Shown: positions 21,676 through 32,241, counted from the stretch's first letter. The stretch: DNA of 64,000 bases from Candidatus Kaiserbacteria bacterium (GCA_026713605.1 JAPOOC010000007.1:59418-123417), one strand, 5' to 3'. Notes: generated by a model not told the origin, from the letters alone. Numbers and translations: made by a program.

Positions 21676-22614
21676 CTATTGCGTATGGAGGGTGAGGTAG
21701 ATGTGCTCCACGGCCTTGACCGCATCACCAGCAGCGATGTTATTTTGGTGAAAGAGACCATCAGTGCAATCACCAGCTGCCCAAATGTTAGCGCAAGATG
21801 ACTGCTGTGTTTTTGGATCAACAGATACTCTGCCGACAGGGTCCAGGGTAACAAGGTCTTTAACAATGTCTGTTGAAGGAATAAGACCAATTTCAACAAA
21901 GATACCTTCAACGGCAAGGGTATGTTCCTCGCTATCTTTTTTATAGGTAAGTCCTTGCACCAATGATTCGCCAAATACCGTCGCTGTTTCCGCCTCGGTA
22001 ATGCCGGTCATATTCGGGTGTGAGAGCACCTTTTTAACAGTGATCGCATCTGCTTTACTATATTCAGCACTACGGTGCAGGAGCGTAACACTTTTTGCAT
22101 ACGCAAGGAGCTGCGCAGCGGTTTCAAAGCCAGCGTTACCGCCACCAATAACAGCAACATCTTTGCCCGCGAAAAGTGGGCCGTCACAAGAGGCGCAGTA
22201 GGTAAGTCCTTTGTGCTCAAACAGATCAGCACCCGGCACTGCCAACTTGCGTCTGGTGGAGCCAGTTGCCAGGAGAATGGTTTTTGCGGAGAGGGTGTCA
22301 CCATTTGCGAGCATAACGGTAAATACACCGCCCTCTTCCGTTATTGATGCTACTCGTGCCTCAACAACAGAAAACCAGTCGCCAACATATTCTTGCAAGT
22401 GAGCTTTAAATGATTCAGCAAGGTCAGCACCACTGATACTCGGTGTGCCGATCCAGTTTTTAATGTCAGCGGAGACAACGCTCTGACCACCAAACGATTC
22501 CGCAATCAACACAGTTTTCAACTGCTTCCGAGCTGCATATACTCCTGCTGCAGTACCCGCAGGACCGCCGCCGATAATAACTGTATCTAATACTTGTTCC
22601 AAAATTTTTTCCAT
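21676..22614 (-). CDS. Thioredoxin reductase / AhpF-like FAD-dependent oxidoreductase
   Basis: GGGPAG, YCASCDG (CxxC), GGGNAG, AAGD. Confidence 0.92.
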   Translation of the reverse strand: MEKILEQVLDTVIIGGGPAGTAAGVYAARKQLKTVLIAESFGGQSVVSADIKNWIGTPSISGADLAESFKAHLQEYVGDWFSVVEARVASITEEGGVFTVMLANGDTLSAKTILLATGSTRRKLAVPGADLFEHKGLTYCASCDGPLFAGKDVAVIGGGNAGFETAAQLLAYAKSVTLLHRSAEYSKADAITVKKVLSHPNMTGITEAETATVFGESLVQGLTYKKDSEEHTLAVEGIFVEIGLIPSTDIVKDLVTLDPVGRVSVDPKTQQSSCANIWAAGDCTDGLFHQNNIAAGDAVKAVEHIYLTLHTQ

Positions 22615-23861
22615 CCTGGTTTTTTAGTATCCTGCTCAGCATCTGTCACATACTCATCATCAAGTAGTATAGCATCATCTGAGGTGTCCGCATCAAATGA
22701 GCCAGCACTGCCAGGAGCAGTATAGTCACTCAAGCGCTCAGGGACTGACGCTGGTCTTGGTGGTGGCGCAGGGGCGGACGACTGTATCGGCACAACTTTT
22801 TTAGGTGGTGCAGGTGCAGGCGATTGTGCCGGTGCAACAGGCACATCCTGCTCAGTATGCACAGCCGTATCAGAACTATCCTGCACCTCCGACTCTCGCT
22901 CTTTAAAGTCAGTCGCTATCAACGTAATACGCATCTCCCCTTGCTTCATGTCCTTGTCGGTAGAGGTGCCGAAAATAATCTTTGCGTTCGGATCAACGGC
23001 TCCAGAAATTTGCTCCGCAACAGTTTGAACTTCACGCATAGTAACATCCGATCGGGTGCGGGACGCAATAGAAAAGAGTGCCCGTTGCGCACCGTTGATA
23101 GACACTTCCAGCAGTGGAGAAGAAATAACCCGCGTAACCGCTATTTCCGCCTTGTTGGCGCCTCGACCTGACCCAAGACCAAGGAGTGATGCGCCAGAAT
23201 TCTCAAGGATTGCGCGAATATCAGCAAAGTCAATATTGATGTCTCCGGGCTTCATAATCAACTGAGCAATACCACTCACCGCCTGCGATAAAATCTCATC
23301 ACTCAGAGTGAATGCATCTGCCATAGTGGTATCATCAGCGGCAATGGTGAGAATGTTATCATTTGGTATTGTTACCATAGCATCAGTGGCTTGTGCCAAC
23401 TCAAGTAAGCCCTCTTCAGCAATCTGCTTCCGTTTACCGCCTTCAAAGGTGAAGGGCTTCGTAACAACTGAGACGGTAAGGATACCCAAATCCTGCGCCG
23501 CCTTCGCAATAACTGGTGCTGCCCCGGTACCAGTGCCACCTCCCATACCACAGGCGATAAAAATCATATCCGCACCCTTAATGACCTCGTTAATTTCAGA
23601 GAGCGACTCCTCAGCGGATGCCCTGCCGAGCATCGGATTCATGCCAGTACCAAGCCCCTGCGTTGAGCGTTTACCAAGGTGCACCTTTCGCTCCGCTTTT
23701 GATTGTTGTAAATCCTGCGAATCAGTGTTTGCAACAATAAACTCAACACCAGGTATACCAACCTTGATCATGTGGTTAGTAGCATTTTTTCCGGATCCAC
23801 CAATGCCGACAACACGGATTCTGGCAAAAGTTTCACTTTCCGGTGGAATGACTTTTTTCAT
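22587..23861 (-). CDS. ftsZ: Cell division protein FtsZ
   Basis: GMGGGTGTG tubulin signature, NTDSQDL, PFTFEG, INIDFAD. Confidence 0.98.
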   Translation of the reverse strand: MKKVIPPESETFARIRVVGIGGSGKNATNHMIKVGIPGVEFIVANTDSQDLQQSKAERKVHLGKRSTQGLGTGMNPMLGRASAEESLSEINEVIKGADMIFIACGMGGGTGTGAAPVIAKAAQDLGILTVSVVTKPFTFEGGKRKQIAEEGLLELAQATDAMVTIPNDNILTIAADDTTMADAFTLSDEILSQAVSGIAQLIMKPGDINIDFADIRAILENSGASLLGLGSGRGANKAEIAVTRVISSPLLEVSINGAQRALFSIASRTRSDVTMREVQTVAEQISGAVDPNAKIIFGTSTDKDMKQGEMRITLIATDFKERESEVQDSSDTAVHTEQDVPVAPAQSPAPAPPKKVVPIQSSAPAPPPRPASVPERLSDYTAPGSAGSFDADTSDDAILLDDEYVTDAEQDTKKPGWKKFWNKY

Positions 23862-23916
23862 ATCGTACTATTACTATACACCCGCACACCAAAAACAGCA
23901 AATCATCCAACCAACA

Positions 23917-25119
23917 TCATCGCAATATCTTTAGTGCTGTGTGTAAAACCCCCATAATTTTCTCTAAAAAAGAGGGTTTCTCGTAGTACACAGCAGAACC
24001 ATGGTCCTGCCGAGCAACCGCACCACAGAGTGCCGCATATGCGGTGTGCCATGCTGTCTGATGGGTGTGTCGCTGACTTTGAATATGATACGGTGTTTTC
24101 GCATAAAATGAATGCAGACCAATCGCTTTTTCTACAAGCACATCCATAGCAGGGTAAAGCGACCCCTTCCCGAGCAACATAACACCACCAGGAAAATCTT
24201 TTTGAGCATCTATTTCCTTGAGGTAGGGAAGCAGGCATTTTTTTAAAGTGAGGGTAATTTTTTTATTAATCCGTTGCACATCTTGTTTTTTAAGCGGCGA
24301 ATCTTCAGTGGTAAGAGCCAACTTATACTGCTCCGCCTCCTCGGGCGAAACCTTTTTTAACAGCGCTATGGCATTCGTGATGGTGTTACCACCAAATGGC
24401 AAAACACGCACACCTGCCGGCACGCCGTTCTGGTATATGGTGATGTTGGTAAATTCAGTGCCAATATCACACACCACAACACCTTGCTCTTTCTGTCGAT
24501 CTGACAACAGCGCACCGTTAATAATCGCTGCTGGTTGCGCCATACGAATCGCCGCTATATGCTCAGCACTCTCCAGCAAGGCACCCAAAAAAGCCCCTGG
24601 CGCCAAGAGGTATACATAGGTCAAGTGCAACGACTTCGTCGCAGTAAACTCATACGGATCATACAAAATCTCCTCACCATCCGCAATGAGAGAGACAATG
24701 GCAAAATAGGCGCATTTTTTATGCCGATGTGTCCGATGGATGCGTTCTTGTATCTTTTCTTTCTGAGTAGCTAACCATTGCTCGGTAATGTGAACACTGC
24801 TTCTACTTTGTATATCCTGCAAACCGATTGTTTTCTTGAAAAAACAAATATCCGGATGGGTATAAGAGAGTAGCATCTCGTCAATGTCGTAACCCGAAAA
24901 AGAAGACAGTGCATCCAGCGCTCTGCGCATAGTGTGCGTAAGATTTTTTTTATGGGTGACGACACCCTGCCTTGATATTCCTTGCATAGGCACTGTCGCT
25001 CCCTGCAGCTCAAAAAATGGTTTAGACAACTGCACGGGCTCGCTATACGAACCAACCAACACTTTTATGTGCATATTGCCCACATCCATCGAAACGATGT
25101 TTCTTTCCCGCTGTTTCAT
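23917..25119 (-). CDS. ftsA: Cell division protein FtsA (divergent)
   Basis: SMDVGNMHIK, VCDIGTEFT, PFGGNTIT, AEQYK; directly upstream of ftsZ. Confidence 0.8.
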   Translation of the reverse strand: MKQRERNIVSMDVGNMHIKVLVGSYSEPVQLSKPFFELQGATVPMQGISRQGVVTHKKNLTHTMRRALDALSSFSGYDIDEMLLSYTHPDICFFKKTIGLQDIQSRSSVHITEQWLATQKEKIQERIHRTHRHKKCAYFAIVSLIADGEEILYDPYEFTATKSLHLTYVYLLAPGAFLGALLESAEHIAAIRMAQPAAIINGALLSDRQKEQGVVVCDIGTEFTNITIYQNGVPAGVRVLPFGGNTITNAIALLKKVSPEEAEQYKLALTTEDSPLKKQDVQRINKKITLTLKKCLLPYLKEIDAQKDFPGGVMLLGKGSLYPAMDVLVEKAIGLHSFYAKTPYHIQSQRHTHQTAWHTAYAALCGAVARQDHGSAVYYEKPSFLEKIMGVLHTALKILR

Positions 25120-25133
25120 ACAATGTTCTCAGG

Positions 25134-25523
25134 TTATGTATACATTGTAATATATCTATCCTCCAGCATCTCCATTTGCACACCATGCCGATAGCCGAGA
25201 AGATGCAGCATGCCGTGGATACAGAGAAAGAGGATCTGCTTTTTTATTGAAATATGGTGCTTTTCCGCCGTTTTCGCTGCCAAAGTGGTATTGATGTAGA
25301 GTTCAGCCACACCACCCTCATTCGGCGGAAAGGTAAGGACATTTGCCGGAGCATCTTTCCCACGGTGTACCTTATTCAGTTTTTGTGAAAACGCATTACC
25401 AATACAGACAATATTAAGCGAGCAAGTTTTTGCAAGGAGGTCAGTGTAGAGGGCGGTCATAGCCATCCGTGGCACACGAACTGCCGTTTCATTAAAGACA
25501 TGCACCTGCCCAATCGCCGACAT
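25134..25523 (-). CDS. ybeY: rRNA maturation endoribonuclease YbeY
   Basis: LNKVHRGKD..NVLTF, IHGMLHLLGYRH; start placed at the ATG at 25523. Confidence 0.9.
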   Translation of the reverse strand: MSAIGQVHVFNETAVRVPRMAMTALYTDLLAKTCSLNIVCIGNAFSQKLNKVHRGKDAPANVLTFPPNEGGVAELYINTTLAAKTAEKHHISIKKQILFLCIHGMLHLLGYRHGVQMEMLEDRYITMYT

Positions 25524-25524
25524 A

Positions 25525-25764
25525 CTACTTGCCGTGCGGTGTCGGTATTTTTCCTTCGCGCTGTGCTTTCTCATAGGTCGCCTGTTTTGTGAGCCGGTTA
25601 ATACAGTCCTTCCTTCTGATATTTTTTGACAACTTCCTGCCATAGAACCGTTTCTGTTTCACCGAAGTTTGAATACCCGATGAACGAAAATGCTTAAGAA
25701 AGCGACGATACAACGATGCCGCCCCTTCATTAGCATGTTTTTTCATTATAATACTATCTGCCAT
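25525..25764 (-). CDS. rpsU: 30S ribosomal protein S21
   Basis: Small basic protein, NEGAASLYRRF...KRFY, S21-like. Confidence 0.75.
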   Translation of the reverse strand: MADSIIMKKHANEGAASLYRRFLKHFRSSGIQTSVKQKRFYGRKLSKNIRRKDCINRLTKQATYEKAQREGKIPTPHGK

Positions 25765-25801
25765 AGTGCTTATAGTATAGCAGGAAATGAGGTATAGAAA
25801 A

Positions 25802-25830
25802 AGAGGACACCTATTAGGTAGGTGTCCTCT
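25802..25830 (-). terminator. Intrinsic terminator after the coiled-coil orphan gene
   Basis: AGAGGACACCTA/TAGGTGTCCTCT 12-bp stem followed by a T-run on the minus strand. Confidence 0.75.
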
Positions 25831-25849
25831 GTGGTGGGACTAGGTGGCT

Positions 25850-27520
25850 TTACGCCACCAGGTAAGGGACAATCTCGGTGGTGCCGAGGTGTTCCGCGGT
25901 CTGCCCGGGGGGCAGAATGCGGATGCGGGAGTTGAAGCCACGGTCGACTTCAAACTCCTCGGAGAGGGTCTTTCCGACTGGAATCGTCCGGAACAGAACC
26001 TCTTCCTCTTCGTCGTCTCTGATCTGGACGGCGAAGGTAATCTCCGTCTCCTGTGGCAGACGGAGAGAGATTGCATAGTAGGCGACCTCGTCATCCCCTC
26101 CGAGACGACGAGGTTCAAGGACGCAGCCGGACGCCCGTAAGGCATCCTTTACTGCATCCTGCAGCTCGCCGCATTGCGCAACAAGTGCTGATTTCTCAGC
26201 ATTCGCCGCCTCAAGGGCGACGCCGAGCTCGGTATTCTGCCGCTCAGCAGCGACGAGGGCGGAGAAGCGACGCTCAGCAGCAACCGCTTCAACTTCTGCT
26301 GATTCAGCGACTTTCGCCGCCTCATCAGCAGAAACTCTCGCCGCCACTTGTGCGGCCTCTGCCGCATCAAGATCTGCGGTCAAGGCAGAAACTTGCGTTT
26401 CTGCGTGCCGCAGGTCAGCAGCGAGGCGACCGATTGCAACATCGGCTTTCCGTGCCTCGCCGTTGAGGCGGCTGAGCCCTTCCGACGCCTCATCGTGTGC
26501 CGCCTCGGCATCAGAGAGGGCACTCGCAAGACCGTCGGCATCAAGAACCTTGACACCGTTTTCAATGGCCTTCGCTGCCGCTTCGGACGCCTGTTTCGCC
26601 TCAGCGAGAGCGGCCTCCGATGTAAGGGCGGCTTTCGCCGCCTCTTCAACGGCCTCCCAAGCGCTCTCAGCACCGCTGATAGCGTCTTGGTGGGCACCTT
26701 GTAGGTGCCCTTGTTCCGCCTCGGCGGTCTGCAGGGTACCCTGCAGAGCTACCACCTGCTGCTTTGCAGCAGCAAGGTTTGCCGTCGAAGCAGCAAGATC
26801 CGCCGCAGCAAGATCCGCCACCTTGCGCTCTTCAAAAGCGCTAAGGCGGACTTGCACGCCGGCAGCGTGCGCTTCCGCGCGCTCCGCATGCTCCCGCAGC
26901 GGAGTCGCGACGGCTTCTGCCGTCGCTTGTGCGGTCTCGGCAGCGTGCCGCGCTTCCACCGCTTCAGCGGCCGTTTTCTCGGCAACCGCCAAAGCATCGT
27001 TAGATGCTTGGAGGGCGCCTTCGATTTTGGCGATCTTGTCGTCTGTCACCTTGGCTTCCGCCTTAGCGGTTTCAACCGCCTCCTTGGCGACTTGAAGGTC
27101 CTTCTCCAGACCTTCAACGGTCGCCTCAGCGGCGTCAAGATCCTCTTCGGAGGACTCTAAGTCCTCCTCAAGACCCTTGATGTTCTCAAGGGTCTTGGGA
27201 TCCGGCGCCATGAGCTGCAACACCGGACCCACCATGGCTGCGATGATGAATACCACCGCTTCCATCTGGCCGAACACCAAAGAAGGTGTCCAGCCAAATC
27301 CGACAAATCCAGCCGCCAGAAGTAGGGCGAGCAGACCAAGGATCCCCCCTCCCATGCGGGGGAAAAACGAGTTTTCGTAACTCCGCACCATGATCAGTGC
27401 GGAACTTAGCAGCAGCAAAGCTGCTGCTGATACTGTCTGGGTTTCCGCATCAAGTGCGGAAAAGGCCACGACGGTCACCGCAGTGAGCATCAAGGCTGCG
27501 ATCGCAATCATTCTCTTCAT
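25850..27520 (-). CDS. Orphan membrane protein, about 4 TM helices plus a long Ala/Glu coiled coil
   Basis: Long GC-rich ORF; AGGAGG SD before MKRMIAIAA at 27520; heptad-like Ala/Glu region. Confidence 0.75.
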   Translation of the reverse strand: MKRMIAIAALMLTAVTVVAFSALDAETQTVSAAALLLLSSALIMVRSYENSFFPRMGGGILGLLALLLAAGFVGFGWTPSLVFGQMEAVVFIIAAMVGPVLQLMAPDPKTLENIKGLEEDLESSEEDLDAAEATVEGLEKDLQVAKEAVETAKAEAKVTDDKIAKIEGALQASNDALAVAEKTAAEAVEARHAAETAQATAEAVATPLREHAERAEAHAAGVQVRLSAFEERKVADLAAADLAASTANLAAAKQQVVALQGTLQTAEAEQGHLQGAHQDAISGAESAWEAVEEAAKAALTSEAALAEAKQASEAAAKAIENGVKVLDADGLASALSDAEAAHDEASEGLSRLNGEARKADVAIGRLAADLRHAETQVSALTADLDAAEAAQVAARVSADEAAKVAESAEVEAVAAERRFSALVAAERQNTELGVALEAANAEKSALVAQCGELQDAVKDALRASGCVLEPRRLGGDDEVAYYAISLRLPQETEITFAVQIRDDEEEEVLFRTIPVGKTLSEEFEVDRGFNSRIRILPPGQTAEHLGTTEIVPYLVA

Positions 27521-27800
27521 TTCTTTTCCTCCTGGCAAGCACTCGCTTGCCATCTTTATGCCCTCTTCTCTTTGAGGAGGGCGAAGTTCTTTGTAATTTG
27601 TAATGTTCAAAGCGGGGGATATGCACAAAACCCCTACCTCCATCACAAATTATACATAATGATATAATATCATAAAACAGCAAAAAACGCAAGTTTCAAA
27701 GCCACCCCAAAAACAGCAAAAACACCTCTATCTTGAGGGGTTTTAAGTACAAAAAAAAACCAACACCTAAACCGGGTGTTGGTTCTGTATCTAGACGCGC

Positions 27801-28004
27801 CTATTGAGCGGCGTCTATCTCCGTCGTGAGGAGTTCCTGCGCCTTCTCGGCGCGCGAGGCACCTGCCGAAATAAATTCGGCAAGCCCTCCAATGTCCCAC
27901 ACCTCATGGAGATGGTGGGGGTGATAGGGGCCACCTATTGCGACCCCTCCCAAACCACTGCGATCTGGTTCGAAGAGGATGGTGCCTTTAATCTCGAAAT
28001 GCAT
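27801..28004 (-). CDS. Small hypothetical protein
   Basis: 67-aa ORF preceded by hairpins and GGAG; same codon style as the neighbouring orphan. Confidence 0.45.
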   Translation of the reverse strand: MHFEIKGTILFEPDRSGLGGVAIGGPYHPHHLHEVWDIGGLAEFISAGASRAEKAQELLTTEIDAAQ

Positions 28005-28108
28005 CCTCTCAATCTCCGGGCGGGTGGAGAAGATGAGGATTGACTCAGGGCCTAGATGGACCCTGAGCTCCTCAGCGATGAGGTGGTCCTCGCTACACCA
28101 AAAAACCC

Positions 28109-29287
28109 TTATTTTTTAAGGAATTCTCGGGCTGTTTGGAGGGATTCTTCGGTCAAATCTACCATTCTGGATGCCCTGGTATCAGTTTTTCGGATACAAA
28201 TTACATTATTTTCGGCCTCTTCCTGCCCAAAAACAATGGTGTAAGGGTACGATCGTGCCTCATCGTTAAGTTGGTCAGCAACCCTGGTATAGTGGAGGCG
28301 GTGAGCCACGGGGATATTTGCCTCATAGAGCTGAGAGATGACACCGAGAGAACGCAGGCGCGCTGTTTCACCAGTGTGAAAAAAGAACGCTTTTGGCTTT
28401 CTTGGACGAGATTTTGGCTGATGCGTGCCAACCGCTTTTTCGGGGAGGGTAATGGTTATTGAGGTGGTCGGTATTTTGCGACGGTAAAGGTGGTAGGGCA
28501 GGGTGTCATAGCGGGCACCACGAGCATACAACGGCGAGTGCTCATCATTGATTTCAAAAGCGGTGTGAATCCCGTACCGGGTAAGTTCAACAACATCGGG
28601 TGCGAGTTCATAGGGTAGCTGGTGTGCTTCCAGATATTCTATAACCCGCTCAAAATGTTGCCGCGCCTTTTCTGAGAGCAGTCGTAGTGTCGGCGTGATG
28701 TACTCCGACACACCAACATGCTCGGGAGCATACAGACGAGGGTGCACTTCACAAACTCTGTCTTCGCCGAGGAGTTTTTGACATGCGGGATCTATGTTTT
28801 TCTTCACCTTGCGGAGTGTCTTCGCCAACTTTGAGAAATAGAGTTTTGAATCGTCAGCAGTACCCATCGAGTTAATGCGAATGCGATAGGCATCCGACTT
28901 CAGTGAGCGAAAGATGTGGCTGGCACAGGAGAGGAGCAAGGCCTCAGCATACGAATCGCGCACCCCCACAACAGTAAGCGTAAAGTAGGTATCACCAGGT
29001 TTTTTTGATCGAGTAACCGCTGACTTAGTGTCTTTATCTACATTGCTGTGAAAGAGAAACATCGGCTCATACTCATAGGTATGCAGTGCCCGTTCAAAAT
29101 AGAACCGTAATATGAGAGAGAGATGCTGTAAATGCGCTTCAGTCGGTTTTTTGTGCATCGTAATTTTCGTACGCTTCATGCGTCTGTAATCTTTAAACAC
29201 TTCGTTAATTGGTCCAAAACCGTAAAGACCGGCAATCTTATGTGCCTTATCAAAGAATTTTTCAGGGGTGATAGTAAAGGACCGCAT
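28109..29287 (-). CDS. Histidyl-tRNA synthetase-like protein, degenerate catalytic domain, anticodon-binding domain retained
   Basis: RINSMG, FEI, GARYDTL (GGRYD-like), C-terminal YTIVFGQEE..VICIRK; no recognisable motif 2. Confidence 0.7.
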   Translation of the reverse strand: MRSFTITPEKFFDKAHKIAGLYGFGPINEVFKDYRRMKRTKITMHKKPTEAHLQHLSLILRFYFERALHTYEYEPMFLFHSNVDKDTKSAVTRSKKPGDTYFTLTVVGVRDSYAEALLLSCASHIFRSLKSDAYRIRINSMGTADDSKLYFSKLAKTLRKVKKNIDPACQKLLGEDRVCEVHPRLYAPEHVGVSEYITPTLRLLSEKARQHFERVIEYLEAHQLPYELAPDVVELTRYGIHTAFEINDEHSPLYARGARYDTLPYHLYRRKIPTTSITITLPEKAVGTHQPKSRPRKPKAFFFHTGETARLRSLGVISQLYEANIPVAHRLHYTRVADQLNDEARSYPYTIVFGQEEAENNVICIRKTDTRASRMVDLTEESLQTAREFLKK

Positions 29288-29298
29288 AATACAATATA

Positions 29299-29958
29299 TT
29301 ATAACACATGAGATGGGTACAGGTCAACATTTCCCGGCAACACCGCCGCCTCATCAAAAGGGTAGAGGCGCAACACCACCCGTCCGATGATGCGATCTTT
29401 CGTGAGCGCCCCCCACACCCGAGAATCCAAGCTGTTCATCCGGTTGTCACCAAGGATGAGGTACTGATCGCCACCTAATTGTATGGTCTGATTTTTATAC
29501 AACGGCAATTGCTCCTGATTAATATACGGCTCGTGCAGGGTGAAAGAGGTGTTATCAGCGGTGGTAACCTCAATAGTAGTATCAGAAAGCCGAATGTGCT
29601 CATTTGGGAGCCCAATGATTCGTTTTAAGAGGTGTTTCCCTGGTTCAATAGGACTTTTTGCGACTATCACATCAAATCGTTGTGGATCTTCCAAAAAACG
29701 ATAAGAAAACGCATCAATAATAAGATAATCACCCGCTATAAGCGATGACGATTCGGAAGCAGCAACAAAAGAGGCATTAAATGATGGATACATTGATATA
29801 CCGTTTACCAGAAAAGGGCGGAAACCAAAGAACCATACAAAAATAGCGGATACGATGCCAGCAGTCATAACAATTGTTTTAGTTATGTCTACCCCATACC
29901 ACCCCGCCTTCTTTGCTGTGGCAGTGTTCTGTGTTACTGTGTTGTTCATATACACCAA
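29299..29958 (-). CDS. lepB: Signal peptidase I
   Basis: NGISMYPS, LKRIIGLP, GDNRMNSLDSR. Confidence 0.95.
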   Translation of the reverse strand: MVYMNNTVTQNTATAKKAGWYGVDITKTIVMTAGIVSAIFVWFFGFRPFLVNGISMYPSFNASFVAASESSSLIAGDYLIIDAFSYRFLEDPQRFDVIVAKSPIEPGKHLLKRIIGLPNEHIRLSDTTIEVTTADNTSFTLHEPYINQEQLPLYKNQTIQLGGDQYLILGDNRMNSLDSRVWGALTKDRIIGRVVLRLYPFDEAAVLPGNVDLYPSHVL

Positions 29959-30235
29959 GTAAACAGGTAACAGTATAGCATAGAAATCACCCTAAATCAG
30001 GAATTCTGTCAAGTTGGGGAGCGTTACATTCAATATTTAATTGCAACACCAGTCAGTTTTGAGTATGGCTACATGCAAGAAATACAGGGAAAAGAAGTTG
30101 CCGTGAGCAACTTGTTACCTATGAGTGTTGCTACACCGAGCGAAAGACACCACGACGCTGTTTGTTTGCACCACCGGTAGCGGGTTGCCTCCTGTGCGAC
30201 GATAAGTTGCACAAAAGGTACTATACTACCACTGT

Positions 30236-30778
30236 ATGGACTTCTTATTTCTGGGATTAGGAAACCCGCCAGAGTATCACGGCACACGGCATAACATCGG
30301 CAAAGATTTAGTTGAGGGATTAGCGTGTAAAGACGGTTGCAAATGGCACTATGTAGCAAAAGGGAGGGTTGCTTCTCTGCTACTCGGCCCACACCACATT
30401 ACCTGCATGGTAAGTGATGGCTTTATGAACGAAACAGGACAGGATATGCGTGAAGCATTATTGGAGATTGAGCCAAAACGACTGGTGGTGGTACACGACG
30501 AAATTGCACTACCGGTTGGATCAATTCGCCTAGCGTATAACAAAAGCCCAGGCGGACATAATGGCGTTGCGTCAGTCGCAGAGGTACTACACACCAACGC
30601 ATTCTTTCGTTTGCGAATAGGGGTTGGAAAAGACGGCAAGGATCTCAAAAAGTATGTGTTAGAAAAAATACCGCCACATGCCATGGATACCATTGTCAGC
30701 ACCGTACACAAAACACTGCCAGGCATACTGCTCAACCAACTACCGGCGCACGAAGCATTGCGCAAGGAAGTGTCCTAA
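30236..30778 (+). CDS. pth: Peptidyl-tRNA hydrolase
   Basis: GLGNP..YHGTRHNIG, FMNETG, VVHDE, GGHNG, RLRIGVG. Confidence 0.95.
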   Translation: MDFLFLGLGNPPEYHGTRHNIGKDLVEGLACKDGCKWHYVAKGRVASLLLGPHHITCMVSDGFMNETGQDMREALLEIEPKRLVVVHDEIALPVGSIRLAYNKSPGGHNGVASVAEVLHTNAFFRLRIGVGKDGKDLKKYVLEKIPPHAMDTIVSTVHKTLPGILLNQLPAHEALRKEVS

Positions 30779-30792
30779 CAGGCAAGATGGCA

Positions 30793-31929
30793 CTACGCCG
30801 ACCCTCCCACCGTCTGAGCACCTGATCCTGCGCCTGAACGATATCGATCTTCTGGAACTAAGGTAAGTTTCTGCTCACGCGGCTCAAGGTTAGTGATAAC
30901 AAATTCGTATGTCTTACCGATTTCCAATGAATTTCGGAGGTCATTCTCGTCAGCAAAATTTGAAATATGCACCAAACCCGAAACGCCGGCCTTGATGGAC
31001 GCAAACGCGCCGAACGCGCCATACTTAATCACCACACCAGAAACCGTATCGCCGACCTTGTGCCGCTCATGGATCTCTTCCCACGGATTCTTGTGCAACT
31101 CCTTAAAAGAAAACGAATACTTATCGCCCTCAACATCAATAATTTTCACTTGCACCTGATTGCCGACCGTGCAGAACTTTCTCGGATCATCGACCAGCCC
31201 CCAATCCATCTCAGAGATATGCACCAATCCCTCAACAGCATTATCAATCGTAACAAAAACACCAAAATCAACCACGCCAGTAACAATACCATTCTTAACA
31301 TCCCCTACCTTGTAGTCCTCTTTTTGCTTACGAGACACCCCTTCAGATTTTTTGTGGGCCACACCATCTTTGTGTTCTGAAAAAATAATAGTGTCATTGT
31401 CGGGGTCAACACTCTCTATAGTAACCATCATCTTGGTGTCCACAAATTTTTTAAGTTCATTTAAAATACTATCTTTGTCACGGCTCAGCACCTTCGGATA
31501 TTTTTCCTCGGTAAGTTGTGATGCAGGCAAAAAGCCACGGACACCATTCCACTCTATCACCAGTCCACCGCGGTTCGCACTTTTGACCGTCACCTCATAG
31601 ACCTGCCCACTCTGCAACGATGCCTCTGCTTCACCCCAAATAAACGCTTTCCGCGCCTCTTTAAGCGAGAGGTCAATATAGCCATCCGGCGTTTCTAGTG
31701 CAATAATTTGTGCCGAAATGGCATCGCCGACATGGGTTTTGCGCAGAATATCCTTCGCAACAGAAAATTCTCTGCCATAGATAATGCCAGTACCGACCGG
31801 GGAAAGATCCACATACACAACCGACCGATCAACAGCAACAACAATCCCCTCCACCACATCACCGACAGCGTAGGTTTCAGGTGTTTTAACGGTTGCATTC
31901 TCTGTTTCTGTTGTAGTTGTGACAGACAT
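30793..31929 (-). CDS. rpsA: 30S ribosomal protein S1 (four S1 domains)
   Basis: Repeated S1 domains: NRGGL..GFLPASQ, DFGVFV..EGLVHISE, GLVHISN. Confidence 0.9.
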   Translation of the reverse strand: MSVTTTTETENATVKTPETYAVGDVVEGIVVAVDRSVVYVDLSPVGTGIIYGREFSVAKDILRKTHVGDAISAQIIALETPDGYIDLSLKEARKAFIWGEAEASLQSGQVYEVTVKSANRGGLVIEWNGVRGFLPASQLTEEKYPKVLSRDKDSILNELKKFVDTKMMVTIESVDPDNDTIIFSEHKDGVAHKKSEGVSRKQKEDYKVGDVKNGIVTGVVDFGVFVTIDNAVEGLVHISEMDWGLVDDPRKFCTVGNQVQVKIIDVEGDKYSFSFKELHKNPWEEIHERHKVGDTVSGVVIKYGAFGAFASIKAGVSGLVHISNFADENDLRNSLEIGKTYEFVITNLEPREQKLTLVPEDRYRSGAGSGAQTVGGSA

Positions 31930-32241
31930 AGTGTGTTAGGTAGGTATAATAAATTTGAGTATAGTAAACTTTGGCAATAAACGCCAGAAACAGTATACCG
32001 TATATTTTTTACGGAAACGGAAAACCGCCGACCAGCACGAAAAAGTTGTGTACTACAAGTAAAGTACTCACCAATACGGTACAATACCCAAGACAAAAAA
32101 GCAAATACATCCCAAAAAAAAGAAACACACTGCCGCCTTTGTCAACATTGCGGATACTGAAAAAATTTGGCATAGTAGTAAGTAGGAAGGTGTATAATTT
32201 CGTGTTATGCTGATGGTATAGTAGTACTATCTCTATATATT

